From Eledone cirrhosa (taxonomy: Eukaryota), in the NCBI GenBank assembly GCA_964016885.1, contig OZ024743.1, forward strand, positions 64,666,001-64,730,000: a stretch of 64,000 nucleotides of DNA. The letters run 5' to 3'. A model generated the notes under the pieces. That model was not told the origin of the DNA and did no database searches. It worked only from the letters and a program-made list of their open reading frames with translations. Positions 43,896 to 56,414 of this stretch are shown here, one piece after another (positions within the stretch are counted from its first letter, which is position 1; every line of letters starts with the position of its first letter). The position numbers and the translations under genes were made by a program.

Positions 43896-43997
43896 TCACC
43901 AATGGTGAGTTGCCCCATTGCGCCATCCAACCCTAGCAACGCTTTTTCCACCAACCTCACTAACTGTTTCAAATATCCTATTGCAGAGATGAGAAAC
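43896..43997 (-). CDS. Candidate terminal coding exon of an unidentified host gene (frame uncertain)
   Basis: Acceptor TTTGTACAG|G; non-repetitive; phase 0 reads VSHLCNRIFETVSEVGGKSVARVGWRNGATHHW*; another open frame extends to 43772. Confidence 0.3.
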   Translation of the reverse strand, partial: VSHLCNRIFETVSEVGGKSVARVGWRNGATHHW

Positions 43998-44213
43998 CTG
44001 TACAAATACACACTCTCACATACATATTCAAAGATGAGAGAGGGGGTCGATTAAATCGACCCCAGAGCATTACTGGTACTTTATTTTATCGACCCCGAAG
44101 GATGAAAGACAAAGCTGACCTCAGCGGGATTAGAACACAGAACGTAAAGAGTCGTAATACATCCTGCAAAGCATTTTATCCGACAATTTTATTTTGCCTA
44201 ACACACATGCATA

Positions 44214-44663
44214 CGAGGTGCTGAAAAGTTCCTGACTTTTGGTAAAAGAAAATACAGAAGGATCAGCTAATGATTTTATTCAACGTATTCCCTCAGATTC
44301 ACACACTTATTGCTGCGGCCCTACCTCCCGTGTAAAGGTAACAACTCTACCCTTTCGTGATACCTTTAAACCAGTCATGGGGAACCTGAATGGCTCGCCT
44401 AGGTCACCTAAGTGAAATCTTTCTGAGTTTTTTACCCCAACTTTTCAGTTCTAATTTATCTTTCTATCATTTTTATGATCGAGGAAAACAACTTGTACGA
44501 ACAAATCAAAACAACCTGAGTTACCGCCCTTTTTTAATGTGGGTACGAATGTAAATTAGCGCTTGCGGCCCGCCTGATGATGAATCATATCTCATGTGGC
44601 CCGCTTCTCGAAAAAGGTTGCCCACGCCTGCATTAAAGCCAGGAACTTTTCAGCACGCCTTTG
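44214..44663. mobile_element. Tc1/mariner-like MITE (TA TSD) containing a nested hAT-like MITE at 44372-44630
   Basis: Outer TIR GTGCTGAAAAGTTCCTG / CAGGAACTTTTCAGCAC; inner TIR CAGTCATGGGGAACC / GGTTGCCCACGCCTG. Confidence 0.7.
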
Positions 44664-44763
44664 TAGATACTTTTCACTATCTACTCCCTCAACCTCCTAA
44701 ACATTTGCTCAGTTAATTTTTTCACGTCCTTTCTTGATCTCAAATTAGTGTATATAATATATA

Positions 44764-44945
44764 ATATTGTTTCTACTTTTGGCTCAAGGCCAGCAATTAT
44801 CCCAGTGTATTACTGGTGCTTTATTTTATCGACCCGTGAGGATGAAAGTCAAAGTTAACCTCGGCGGGATTTGAACTATGACCATAAAGGGCCGTAACTC
44901 TTTGCTGCAAAGCATGGCGGCCGACCCTCTACCGATACTGCCAAT
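44764..44945 (-). mobile_element. SINE family A
   Basis: Family consensus; related diverged SINEs at 44040-44200 and 45014-45160. Confidence 0.85.
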
Positions 44946-46434
44946 AATACCGATTTTTAACATTAAGCAAACATAAGCACTTAGTCTCAGATTTTGTATA
45001 GTTGATTAAATATAGGGCGATGAATTAGCAGAGTCGTTAGAACGTTGGATAGAATACTTTGCAGTATTCGTTCTGACTTTCTGCTCTGAGTTCAAATCTC
45101 GCCTTTCATCCTTTCAGGGTCAATAAAAAGTGCTAGTCTAGTACTGGGATGAATTTTTCCTCTATATCAGACCGTGCTGCGAAGCATGTTGTTCGACGCT
45201 CTACCGATTAATAATAAAAGAAAAAGTTGACGATTGTCGGATTCGAAATCAGGCCGTAAAGATAAACAACACAAAGTATTTTGTCTGATACTCCACTGTT
45301 ATGAAAAATAACTGTATTGCTAGATACATCGGCACCTGAATATAAAATAAAATGAACCAATATACACAATTTTGAAATCTCTAATATTTCTTATCTACAT
45401 TATTTATCTAGAATAACCACATTAGATATTAATTGTCGACATATATCTAACGAACAGTTTAAATATAAGTATATATACAGCTATATAAAAGCAGGCATCA
45501 TTGATTGAAGTTGGTGCAGCTTTCAATAGAACGCTAAATATGTCGGCATGGAGAAACGGTTGCTTTTGCTTTGTTTTTACTTTACTTTACTTCCTTTTTT
45601 TTTCTTTTTTTTTCTTCTTCTTATTTTTTTAGATCTTTCCCGACACAGACCACCAAGTCTCCACAGCTACACATTAAATACTCCCATAAATACGTTTTCT
45701 CTTGAACTCCGACGTTTGTTTTGTTTATTCTTTTCACCCTTGTGGGACTACTTAAATCGAATAACTTGTAGTTAACAACTATACTCAAATTATATCATGA
45801 ATATAAAAAGGAATCAAACAAGCAGACGACAGATACATTACGCCATTTTAACTTTTCTTATTACCAGTATGGCAACAGTAATAACTGTACATACGGCAAC
45901 AGTAATAACTGTATATTTACCAACATTTATACCAATAAATTTCTCTGTTTTCTTTTTTGCCTAAAACCAAATTTCTATGGACTAATAACATTTCTAGCTA
46001 GCACTGGAAAAGAAAACAATGATAAAACCAATATAGTTAACCATTTTCAAACCACTAATACTACAATTCCATGTCAGCAAATAGTTGGGGTTTTTTTCGT
46101 CCTGTATATACAAGTGGAGTCGTTGGGGCGCCGTAGTTATATACAGTGTCTTGAGCCTGTTAAACCTGGCAGAGTTCAACCTCTCTCCAGGTCTGAACAC
46201 AACCGATTTATTCCAGAGAGAGATCATGATCATGATCATCATGAAGATTGATAACAATATACCGTATTTGCCGGCCTATATTTTACGTTGTTTTGACGTT
46301 TATAGGCATTTTTATGGACCACGTCCAATACTCGCGGTTTTTCACTCTTTGCAGGTGCTCTAGGAACGTAACCCCCGCAAATACCGGGGGACAACTGTAT
46401 GTATATATATATAACCCTTTCTGTATCCCCCCCT

Positions 46435-46515
<81 letters not shown>

Positions 46516-47649
46516 ATTTCTCTCTCCTCTTTTACATTAAGTTACTTTGTTCCACTAGAAAGTACTAACAGTCAGTTTCATTCAATAAAACCTAAGTGAT
46601 AACTATATTTAAATTGAGACCATCGAGGGTTAGACAGAGATTGCGAATCAAAACTAAAATTAGACTCCTCTGTCTAGAAACTTCGTGTATTATCTACAAA
46701 TCTTTGCTAAAATTAAATCAGTGTCCTTTTTTTTTCCCCAAAAAATCGATCGATCATAAAAGCACGTTTTAATGAAAACTGATATGGTCAGATCGATGCA
46801 CTGGGTTCAGAATTGTAGGGACAGTTATCGAACATAGTTCAGACTGATTGAAACCTTACTATTACCAAATTTCTTGTTACTTGAAATATAAACTTTATTC
46901 TTCTATCATTTATATATAATACATTTCTTGGTTATATCATATTCAGGATCGGTGAGCTCCAGCCTACTGAGCTGGGTAGTAGGGTGAGCTCCAGCTGGCC
47001 TACAAAATGACTCAAATAGGTTGAGTTTATTATCTCTGTTGGCCAAACTCTCTCCCATGCAGTGCCGAATGTAGGACGAATGAGGCCCTGTGCTGGTTAA
47101 GTTATGAGGCCTTGAGATGGGTCCCCATCCTGGCCAACGGGCCCTGTTCTTAAGCACACCTAAACACAATGGTAAACCCGGCACTGCTCCCATGCGTCAC
47201 CATCATGCCACTGGCCCCACCAAATGGGGTTTGGTGTGAAAGTGAGAGCTCGGCGTTATAACCGATGCAATGCTTGGATTGCCCTATCCTAAAGTGCATA
47301 TACTTGCGGCTGGGCTCTGCTTGTGAAACCAATCGCTCGAAGAAACTCCATTGAAATGAACTTACACTGTGAATTCCTTCGATGGAACCGGCTCAACCCA
47401 CCCCGGGTGAATGCCACCATAAGTTCAAGTTCAAGTAGTTCTGATGTATCAGAGGATTCAACAGAGCACCATCAACTTGTTGAATTACATTATGATGTTA
47501 ATCTGAGTCTCCTAATAGTAGAAAAGACACTCTAGCCCGGCGGTGTTACGGACTTCAAGTATCCATCAGGTTTTCAGGCAACTACAGCTGGGTTTTTTTC
47601 TTTTTTTCCTTTAATTGTTTACAACGATGAAATAACTGTTATTTCCGCC

Positions 47650-48270
47650 TCCGGCGTTCGAGACGTTTGGTGGAGTTGGGCCACTGACAGCAAAGTTCTT
47701 GTCATCGTTGGCGGCTCGCCTTACCGAAGTGTTAGGTGATGCCTGTGAGGGTGCCTGGCTGTTTCAACGCCTTAGCCTCGCCATCACCGGCCTTACCGAG
47801 GTCTTAAGTGATACCTGTGAGGGTGCCTGGCTGTTTCAACGCCTTAGTCTCGCCATCACCCGGCCTTTCCGAGGTGTCAGGTGATGCCCCTGGTGAGGGT
47901 GCTTCGTTGTTTCAGTGCCTTAGCCTCGCCATCACCTCGCTTTACTGAGGTGTCAGGTGATGCCTGTGAGGGTGCCTGGCTGTTTCAGCGCCTTAGCCTC
48001 GCCATCACCCGGCCTTACCGAGGTGTCAGGTGATGCCTGTGAGGGTGCCTGGCTGTTTGAGTGTCTTAGCCTCGCCATCATCCATGGTAATACTGCTAGC
48101 GTGTTGGCTTGCCTCAAAACTTTCCGTTGGCCCTTGTGATGTGTTGTGTGATCGATTGTCACACTTGGTGGTGAATTGATGGGTGTTTTTGTTTTTGTAT
48201 TTGTTCCACTTTTTTTCTTTCTCTCTATTTGATCATATGTTTTGGTGAGTTATATTTTGAGGTTCCTAGA
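47650..48270 (+). mobile_element. 3' fragment of CRE-like RLE retrotransposon with internal ~72-76-bp tandem expansion
   Basis: GVETFGGVGP..KFL..LAARL..GD..EGAWLFQRLSLAI..GNTASVL; about five repeats at 47719-48080. Confidence 0.7.
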
Positions 48271-48295
48271 AATAATAAGTCGTATTTATTACATA

Positions 48296-48510
48296 GGGAA
48301 ATGGAAGGCAGTATCGGTAGAGGGTCGGACGCCATGCTTTGCAGCATAGAGTTACAGCCCTTTATGATCTGAGTTCAAATCCCGCCGAGGTTAACTTTAC
48401 TTTTCATCCTTACGGGGTCGATAAAATAAAGTACCTGTCACGCACTGGGTCAATTTAATCGGCTTTCCCCTCCCCCAAAATTGCTGGCCTTGTGCCTATA
48501 TAAGAAATTA
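48296..48510 (+). mobile_element. SINE family A variant with TSD ATTTATTACAT
   Basis: Family consensus; 11-bp direct repeat on both flanks. Confidence 0.85.
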
Positions 48511-48710
48511 TTTATTACATGTGTTTATATTTTCATTCTGTAAGAATTGTGAACAATTTGTAATGTTATTAATACAACTGTAAATGTATTATTAGACAAT
48601 GTAAACAAAGTGAATATATAAATACATTTCTTGGTTATATTATCTTCGATTCTGATGTCAGATGATTCGAACGAGAACCATAGACTTGGATCACATCATA
48701 ATATTGATAT

Positions 48711-48907
48711 AGGGCGGTAGGTAGATTGGCAGTATCGGTAGAGGGTCGGACACCATGCTTTGCATCAAAGAGTTACGGCCCTTTGTGGTCTGAGTTCAAA
48801 TCCCACCGAGGTTAACTTTGCCTTTCATCCTTACGGGGTCGATAAAATAAAGTACCAGTAATACACTGAGATAATTGCTGGCCTTGTGCCTAAAGTAGAA
48901 ACAATTA
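48711..48907 (+). mobile_element. Full-length SINE family A with TSD ATAATATTGAT
   Basis: A box TGGCAGTATCGGTAG, B box GAGTTCAAATCC; TSD on both flanks. Confidence 0.9.
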
Positions 48908-48976
48908 TAATATTGATCTGGATCTCGTAATGGTAGAAAATACAATCTACTCATACGGTGCCATGGAGCACACGTA

Positions 48977-49357
48977 CTCTCAGGTTTCGGATAATCGTCC
49001 CCCTCCCCACCTGCTTATTAGTTTTACAGATATTTCAACCTCCCCCACTGTCGCTCTTATTCCACCCTCTTATTAATCTTACTAACCTATCTTCGGCGAG
49101 ATTTTATTTTAAGTGGTAGCATTCCTGCAACAATTAATTTTCTTTATACATGAAAAAACATTACATGACAAAAAAAGTACATTACTAGAAATGCCTTACG
49201 TTATAAAATAAATAGGATGGTTGGGGTCTGAATATGTAAACTAAACGACTAATTCTGGTTTTTAAAATATCTAGGGAGACGACCTAGAAAATTATCGATT
49301 TTCCACCCCCATCTCACGATGTTTATTCCCCCACCCCTATTATTTAGGACATGAAAG
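48977..49357. mobile_element. Degenerate MITE, TA-flanked
   Basis: Imperfect TIR CTCTCAGGTTTCGGATAAT / ATTATTTAGGACATGAAAG; interrupts a sequence that is contiguous at 47540-47600. Confidence 0.5.
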
Positions 49358-49449
49358 TATCTACCAGGTTTTCAGGCAATTACAGGTGTTTCTTTTTTTT
49401 ATATGAAGTTCTTTTCAGACCCTAAGCACTTAAAAGATTATGCCCACCC

Positions 49450-49511
<62 letters not shown>

Positions 49512-49512
49512 T

Positions 49513-51159
49513 ATGGAAATGAAAAATGGTAAGGCTGCCGGACCATCGGGAATAGTTGCTGAGATGCTGAAGGCATCAGGGGACGTAGGCACTAAACTGG
49601 TTGCACGCATCATCAATCAGGCTATATATGGTGGTGTCATACCCAAAGACTGGTGCAGCAGTATTCTCATAAATTGCTACAAAGGTAAAGGGGATGCTTT
49701 AGAGAGGAACAATTATAGGGGTATAAAACTGATAGATCAGGTTATGAAAGTGGCAGAAAGGATTTTAGCACAACTAATTAGAGAAAGGGTCAAACTAGAT
49801 GAGATGCAGTTTGGTTTTGTGCCTGGGAAGAGTACAACAGATGCCCTCTTCTTGGTGAGACAATTGCAAGAGAGGTTCTTAGAGAAGAATAAGCCACTAT
49901 ACTTAGCCTTTGTTGACCTAGAGAAGGCCTTTGATAGGGTACCCCGATCTGTCATCTGGTGGTCCCTAAGGAAGCCAGGTGTTGAGGAATGGCTTGTGAG
50001 GACAGTGCAAACTTTGTACAGAGGTACTCTCAGTAAAGTCAGGGTAGGAATGGAGTTTAGTGAGGAATTCCAGATACAAGTAGGAGTACATCAGGGTTCG
50101 GTCCTCAGCCCGCTCTTGTTCATTATAGTCCTCCAAGCCATAACAGAGGAGTTTAAGACTGGCTGTCCATGGGAACTTCTCTACGCTGACGATCTGGTTC
50201 TTATAGCAGAATCAGTAGAGGAGCTAGAGAATAAATTCTGGCTATGGAAACAGCAGTTGGAAGCAAGAGGACTGAGAGTGAATCTAGCTAAGACAAAAGT
50301 GTTGATGAGTAGAAAAGAGGACAAAACCCTGATTCCGTCAGGGAAATGGCCATGTTCGATATGCAGAAAAGGAACTGGCATAAATTCTATAAAATGCACA
50401 CAATGCAGATCATGGATACACAAGAGATGTAGCGGGATAGCAGGCAAACTAACAGGTAGGGAGAAATATGTATGCAGTAGATATACAGGGAAATTAGACA
50501 GTAGAAGTCGCACTGATAGACACATTTTTCAAATGCAGGAGAGCGCTATAGAAGTGGTGGATAGCTTCCGGTACCTAGGAGATCAGATTATCATGGGAGG
50601 AGGGTGTTCCGAGGCCATAGTATCTAGAATAAGGACGGGTTGGAAGAAGTTTAAGGAGCTGCTTCCTCTGTTGACAAAGAAGAGTTTCTCCCAGCGTACG
50701 AAAGGCCGGTTGTATGATGCCTGTGTGAGGAGCGCGATACTGCATGGTAGTGAGACATGGGCAGCAACTGCAGAGGATATGCGACGGCTGGAGAGAAATG
50801 AGGCAAGCATGCTCCGTTGGATGTGCAGTGTAAATGTGCGTGAACGACCCAGCATAAATGTGTTGAGAGAGAAACTGTGTCTGAGAGGGATAGAATATAG
50901 TGTACGGGAGAGGAGACTGAGGTGGTATGGACATGTGATGCGCATGGAGGATGACCGATGGGTGAAGAAGTGCCAGGAATTGCCAGTTGAAGGAAGACGT
51001 GGTAGAGGTAGACCACGAAAAACATGGGCGGAGGTGGTGAGAACAGACCTCAGATCATTGAAGCTCACGGTGGAGATGACGAGGGACCGTGACGAGTGGA
51101 GAGATGCTGTGCTGAATAAGACCCGTCCCACCCTTGCAAGTAGGGAAAAGCGGACGTAA
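49513..51159 (+). CDS. 5'-truncated RTE-clade LINE ORF (RT + PHD-like insert + C-terminal domain), (TGA)n tail
   Basis: NYRGIKLI..MQFGFVPG..AFVDLEKAFDRVP..GVHQGSVLSP..YADD; CSIC..CTQC..WIHKRC; RRLRWYGHV..GRPRKTW; tail GATGATGATG to ~51177. Confidence 0.9.
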   Translation: MEMKNGKAAGPSGIVAEMLKASGDVGTKLVARIINQAIYGGVIPKDWCSSILINCYKGKGDALERNNYRGIKLIDQVMKVAERILAQLIRERVKLDEMQFGFVPGKSTTDALFLVRQLQERFLEKNKPLYLAFVDLEKAFDRVPRSVIWWSLRKPGVEEWLVRTVQTLYRGTLSKVRVGMEFSEEFQIQVGVHQGSVLSPLLFIIVLQAITEEFKTGCPWELLYADDLVLIAESVEELENKFWLWKQQLEARGLRVNLAKTKVLMSRKEDKTLIPSGKWPCSICRKGTGINSIKCTQCRSWIHKRCSGIAGKLTGREKYVCSRYTGKLDSRSRTDRHIFQMQESAIEVVDSFRYLGDQIIMGGGCSEAIVSRIRTGWKKFKELLPLLTKKSFSQRTKGRLYDACVRSAILHGSETWAATAEDMRRLERNEASMLRWMCSVNVRERPSINVLREKLCLRGIEYSVRERRLRWYGHVMRMEDDRWVKKCQELPVEGRRGRGRPRKTWAEVVRTDLRSLKLTVEMTRDRDEWRDAVLNKTRPTLASREKRT

Positions 51160-51319
51160 AATGATGATGATGATGATATATCCAAAATTAAGATAACTCA
51201 AATGAATTTAATCAAAATCAAAATTATGGGTGTCATGCCAGAAAGACATGCGCCATATCACCCGCAAAATAAGCTCTAAGATTCTAACGAGTAGGTCCGA
51301 GCATTTTATAACAACTAGA

Positions 51320-51606
51320 AATTGATTAACATATAAATAAACATGAATAATCACAGGAGATAATTTTTACAAGTGTGTAACCACACATAGCTAGGTAGGT
51401 AACTAAATAAAGTTGACCAGAACTTCAAAAATAGATACCTTATAATATGATTAATCTGATTAATCTTATTATAATAAGATTAATCAGATTCTATTTTTGA
51501 AGTTCTGGTCATCTTTATTTAGTTACCTACCTAGCTATGTGTGGTTACACACTTGTAAAAATTATCTCCTGTGATTATTCATGTTTATTTATATGTTAAT
51601 CAATTG
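51320..51606. repeat. Inverted repeat (~115-bp arms) with internal perfect palindrome 51453-51490
   Basis: AATTGATTAACATATAAATAAACATG..TTCAAAAATAGA and its reverse complement; AATCTGATTAATCTTATTATAATAAGATTAATCAGATT. Confidence 0.9.
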
Positions 51607-51709
51607 CTTCCCGCTGAGGTTGACTTTGCCTTTCATCCTTACGGGGTCGATAAAATAAAGTACCAGTAATGCACTGGGTATTTGCTGGCCTTGTGCCTAA
51701 AGTAGAAAC

Positions 51710-51801
<92 letters not shown>

Positions 51802-51872
51802 GTGTGTATATGTGTATGTATGTATATATATGTATATATATATATATATATATACATATATACATATATATG

Positions 51873-51926
<54 letters not shown>

Positions 51927-52083
51927 CGAAACAGAAGTCAATTGCATGAACTCATAATCCTTTATTTACTGGTATATATATTTCGATGATAGCCATTGAA
52001 TGGCTATGACCTCATCAGGCAGTTAGTCAGTTCTTAGATATGGCAGCTCTGTGTGTATAGTGTTGATGGTATCAGAGCCTTGA

Positions 52084-52131
<48 letters not shown>

Positions 52132-52282
52132 TTGGTGCTCTGAAATAGCGATATACATATGAATGTATATACAGTGTATTTTGCAATACACTGTATGCTT
52201 AATTAAAAACATTTTGAAGACCTTACGCTATTGTTTTAAAGTAGTGACTATGTTACTTCTTTTTTCAGCAAACAAAGGGAGA

Positions 52283-52330
52283 TAAGCTGACAGATCTCTG
52301 TTTCGTACTGTTGGTACTCCTCAGAGCTTA
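52283..52330 (-). ncRNA. Type I hammerhead ribozyme (left arm of palindrome)
   Basis: Reverse complement of the 52419-52466 motif; core intact. Confidence 0.85.
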
Positions 52331-52418
52331 GCACTCCCTTTGCCTGCTGAAAATTGTGAATGTTGGATTCAACATTAAGAATCCAACATTCATAATTTTC
52401 AGCAGGCAAAGGGAGTGC

Positions 52419-52466
52419 TAAGCTCTGAGGAGTACCAATAGTACGAAACAGAGATCTGTCAGCTTA
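52419..52466 (+). ncRNA. Type I hammerhead ribozyme (right arm of palindrome)
   Basis: TAAGCT CTGAGGA GTAC CAATA GTAC GAAA CAGAGATCTG TC AGCTTA; extended stem I TTTTCAGCAGGCAAAGGGAG / CTCCCTTTGTTTGCTGAAAA. Confidence 0.88.
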
Positions 52467-52601
52467 TCTCCCTTTGTTTGCTGAAAAAAGAAGTAAGTAA
52501 CATAGTCACTACTTTAAAACAATAGCGTAAGGTCTTCAAAATGTTTTTAATTAAGCATACAGTGTATTGCAAAATACACTGTATATACATTCATATGTAT
52601 A

Positions 52602-53449
52602 GAATAGATGGCTATCGTTTATTTATCTATTATTTCTTCACATGTGTCTTTTAACCTTATAGCCTGGTTTAATTGTTTTTTTGTGTGGTTGATTATGCTA
52701 ATTGGGAGAGGAAATTGAGTATATATCTTATCATATGATTCTAAGGACATAATTTATAGTATATTGCTCTGATTATTTAATTTATTAATTCATCATTGAG
52801 CCACATCGTGAATGGTTGCCAAAAACATATCTATGACTTTGTCTAGTTTGTGTATATGTAAATCTTTATATTTGATAATCTCCCATAAGGTTGAGATGCA
52901 ATTTAGGCAATATTAGGCTGCGCTTTCTAGCAACCAGCCTATTAGCCGTAAGGCACCAATCACATTCTTTCTGACTTGACCACTGCCACGTCACAGTTCT
53001 TAGCCATTTTGAATTCGTTTCTGGCGAGGATTATTTAAGAAAAATCTTTGTCCAAGTGAGTTTGTTTCCTGATGAGTTCGAAGCTCGAGAATTTATCCTT
53101 GATAGGATATTTCCGAAAGCGAATGAAACCCTAAAGGGTAGAAACGTAATCCTGGTATGTGTATATGCATTTTTTTCTTTCAACTTTAATTTTATACCTG
53201 TGTATGGTTGACGATATATTTAATCGATTTCCACGTGCTATTGAAATGCTGGGTAAATATTCTATAGCTGTTGATAGCGAATAGATGGCTATCGTTAATT
53301 TATCTATTATTTCTTCACAGGTGTTTTTTAACCTTATAGCCTGGTTTAATTGTTTGTTTTTTTTTGTGTGTGGTTGATTATGCTAATTGGGAGAGGAAAT
53401 TGAGTATATATCTTATCATATGATTCTAAGGACATAATTTATAGTATAT
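52602..53449 (+). mobile_element. Non-coding HHR-bearing retroelement (retrozyme / non-autonomous PLE-like), 677-bp unit with ~165-bp terminal direct repeat
   Basis: 52602-52764 repeated at 53279-53449; internal hammerhead; ends in (TA)n. Confidence 0.65.
53064..53145 (+). ncRNA. Type I hammerhead ribozyme with extended stem II
   Basis: GTTTC CTGATGA GTTCG..CGAAT GAAA CCC TAAA GGG TA GAAAC. Confidence 0.85.
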
Positions 53450-53663
53450 ATATATATATAAAATCTTTTCCTGAGTCCTGTATTTTCGTTGCTCTAGTGA
53501 TGCGGCTGGACTGCCGATCGCTATATTTGATTTGCTAAGCTGTCTAAACGTATTGTTATTACTCTGGGGTACTTTTCCCCATCCGAGTGCTAAAGCTACA
53601 GACCGAATTTGCATTCGTTAGCTTGGCCGCGAACTAAAGCTTCGTTAATGCTGTACTAAAATT

Positions 53664-53700
<37 letters not shown>

Positions 53701-53854
53701 TCCTGTAACTCTTGATAGAGTCATAGCAGCGCCGTATTGACACACACCGTTTTCTTGGACATTTTCAGCCTGGTGGAGCCCATCCCTCTCCAGACCAGAG
53801 TATAGCAGATTTCTTCCAGAGAAAGATAGAGTTAGTGAGAGAGAGGAAATGAGG

Positions 53855-54015
53855 AGATATAGAGGAAGAGTCGACCCCGGTACTTGACTGGTACTTTTTT
53901 ATCGACATTGAAAGGATGAAAGACAAAGTTAACTTCAGCGGGATTTGAACTCAGAGAGCTGGAACGAATACCGCAATGCATTTTATCCGACGTTCTAACG
54001 ACTCTGCCAATTCGC

Positions 54016-54078
<63 letters not shown>

Positions 54079-54305
54079 ATTATATATATGATGATTTCTT
54101 GGATAGGCACAAGGCCAGTAATTTGGCAGGACGGAAAGTCGATTAAATGACCCCAGTGCCTTACTGGTATTTTATTTTATTGACCCCGTTACGATGAAAG
54201 GCAAAGCTAACCTCAGCAGGATTTGAACTCAGAACGTAAAAGGACGTAACTATGCCGCGAAGCATAGTGTCCGACGTTCTACCGGTACTGTCAATCCACC
54301 GCCCT
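53855..54305 (-). mobile_element. Two SINE family A-related copies (53855-54018, 54100-54305)
   Basis: GGGATTTGAACTCAG and GATGAAAG motifs; TGCCAAT/GTCAAT heads. Confidence 0.75.
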
Positions 54306-54309
54306 ACAT

Positions 54310-56317
<2,008 letters not shown>

Positions 56318-56347
56318 ATCAAAAGATGGTTAAAGGAGTTCAATATA

Positions 56348-56414
56348 TTTTATTATGCGCATTTCAAAAACAAACATCATCAAACAATAATATTTGTGTT
56401 TTCATCAGATAAAA
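56348..56414 (-). ncRNA. Minimal type I hammerhead at PLE 3' end (second copy)
   Basis: Same sequence as 54610-54676. Confidence 0.8.

Larger units (their letters stand above)
52152..52601. repeat. ~450-bp near-perfect palindrome (8-nt spacer 52371-52378)
   Basis: Arms are reverse complements with few mismatches. Confidence 0.95.

Noticed and set aside
44570-44615. CTGATGA..CGAAA hammerhead candidate
   Set aside because: Lies in a hAT-like MITE subterminal region; stems I and III do not pair
45620-45775. Plus-strand exon after a strong polypyrimidine/AG
   Set aside because: T-rich run could be chance; no recognisable peptide or partner exon
48711-48800. tRNA genes at SINE heads
   Set aside because: A/B boxes present but no cloverleaf; followed by SINE body and flanked by TSDs
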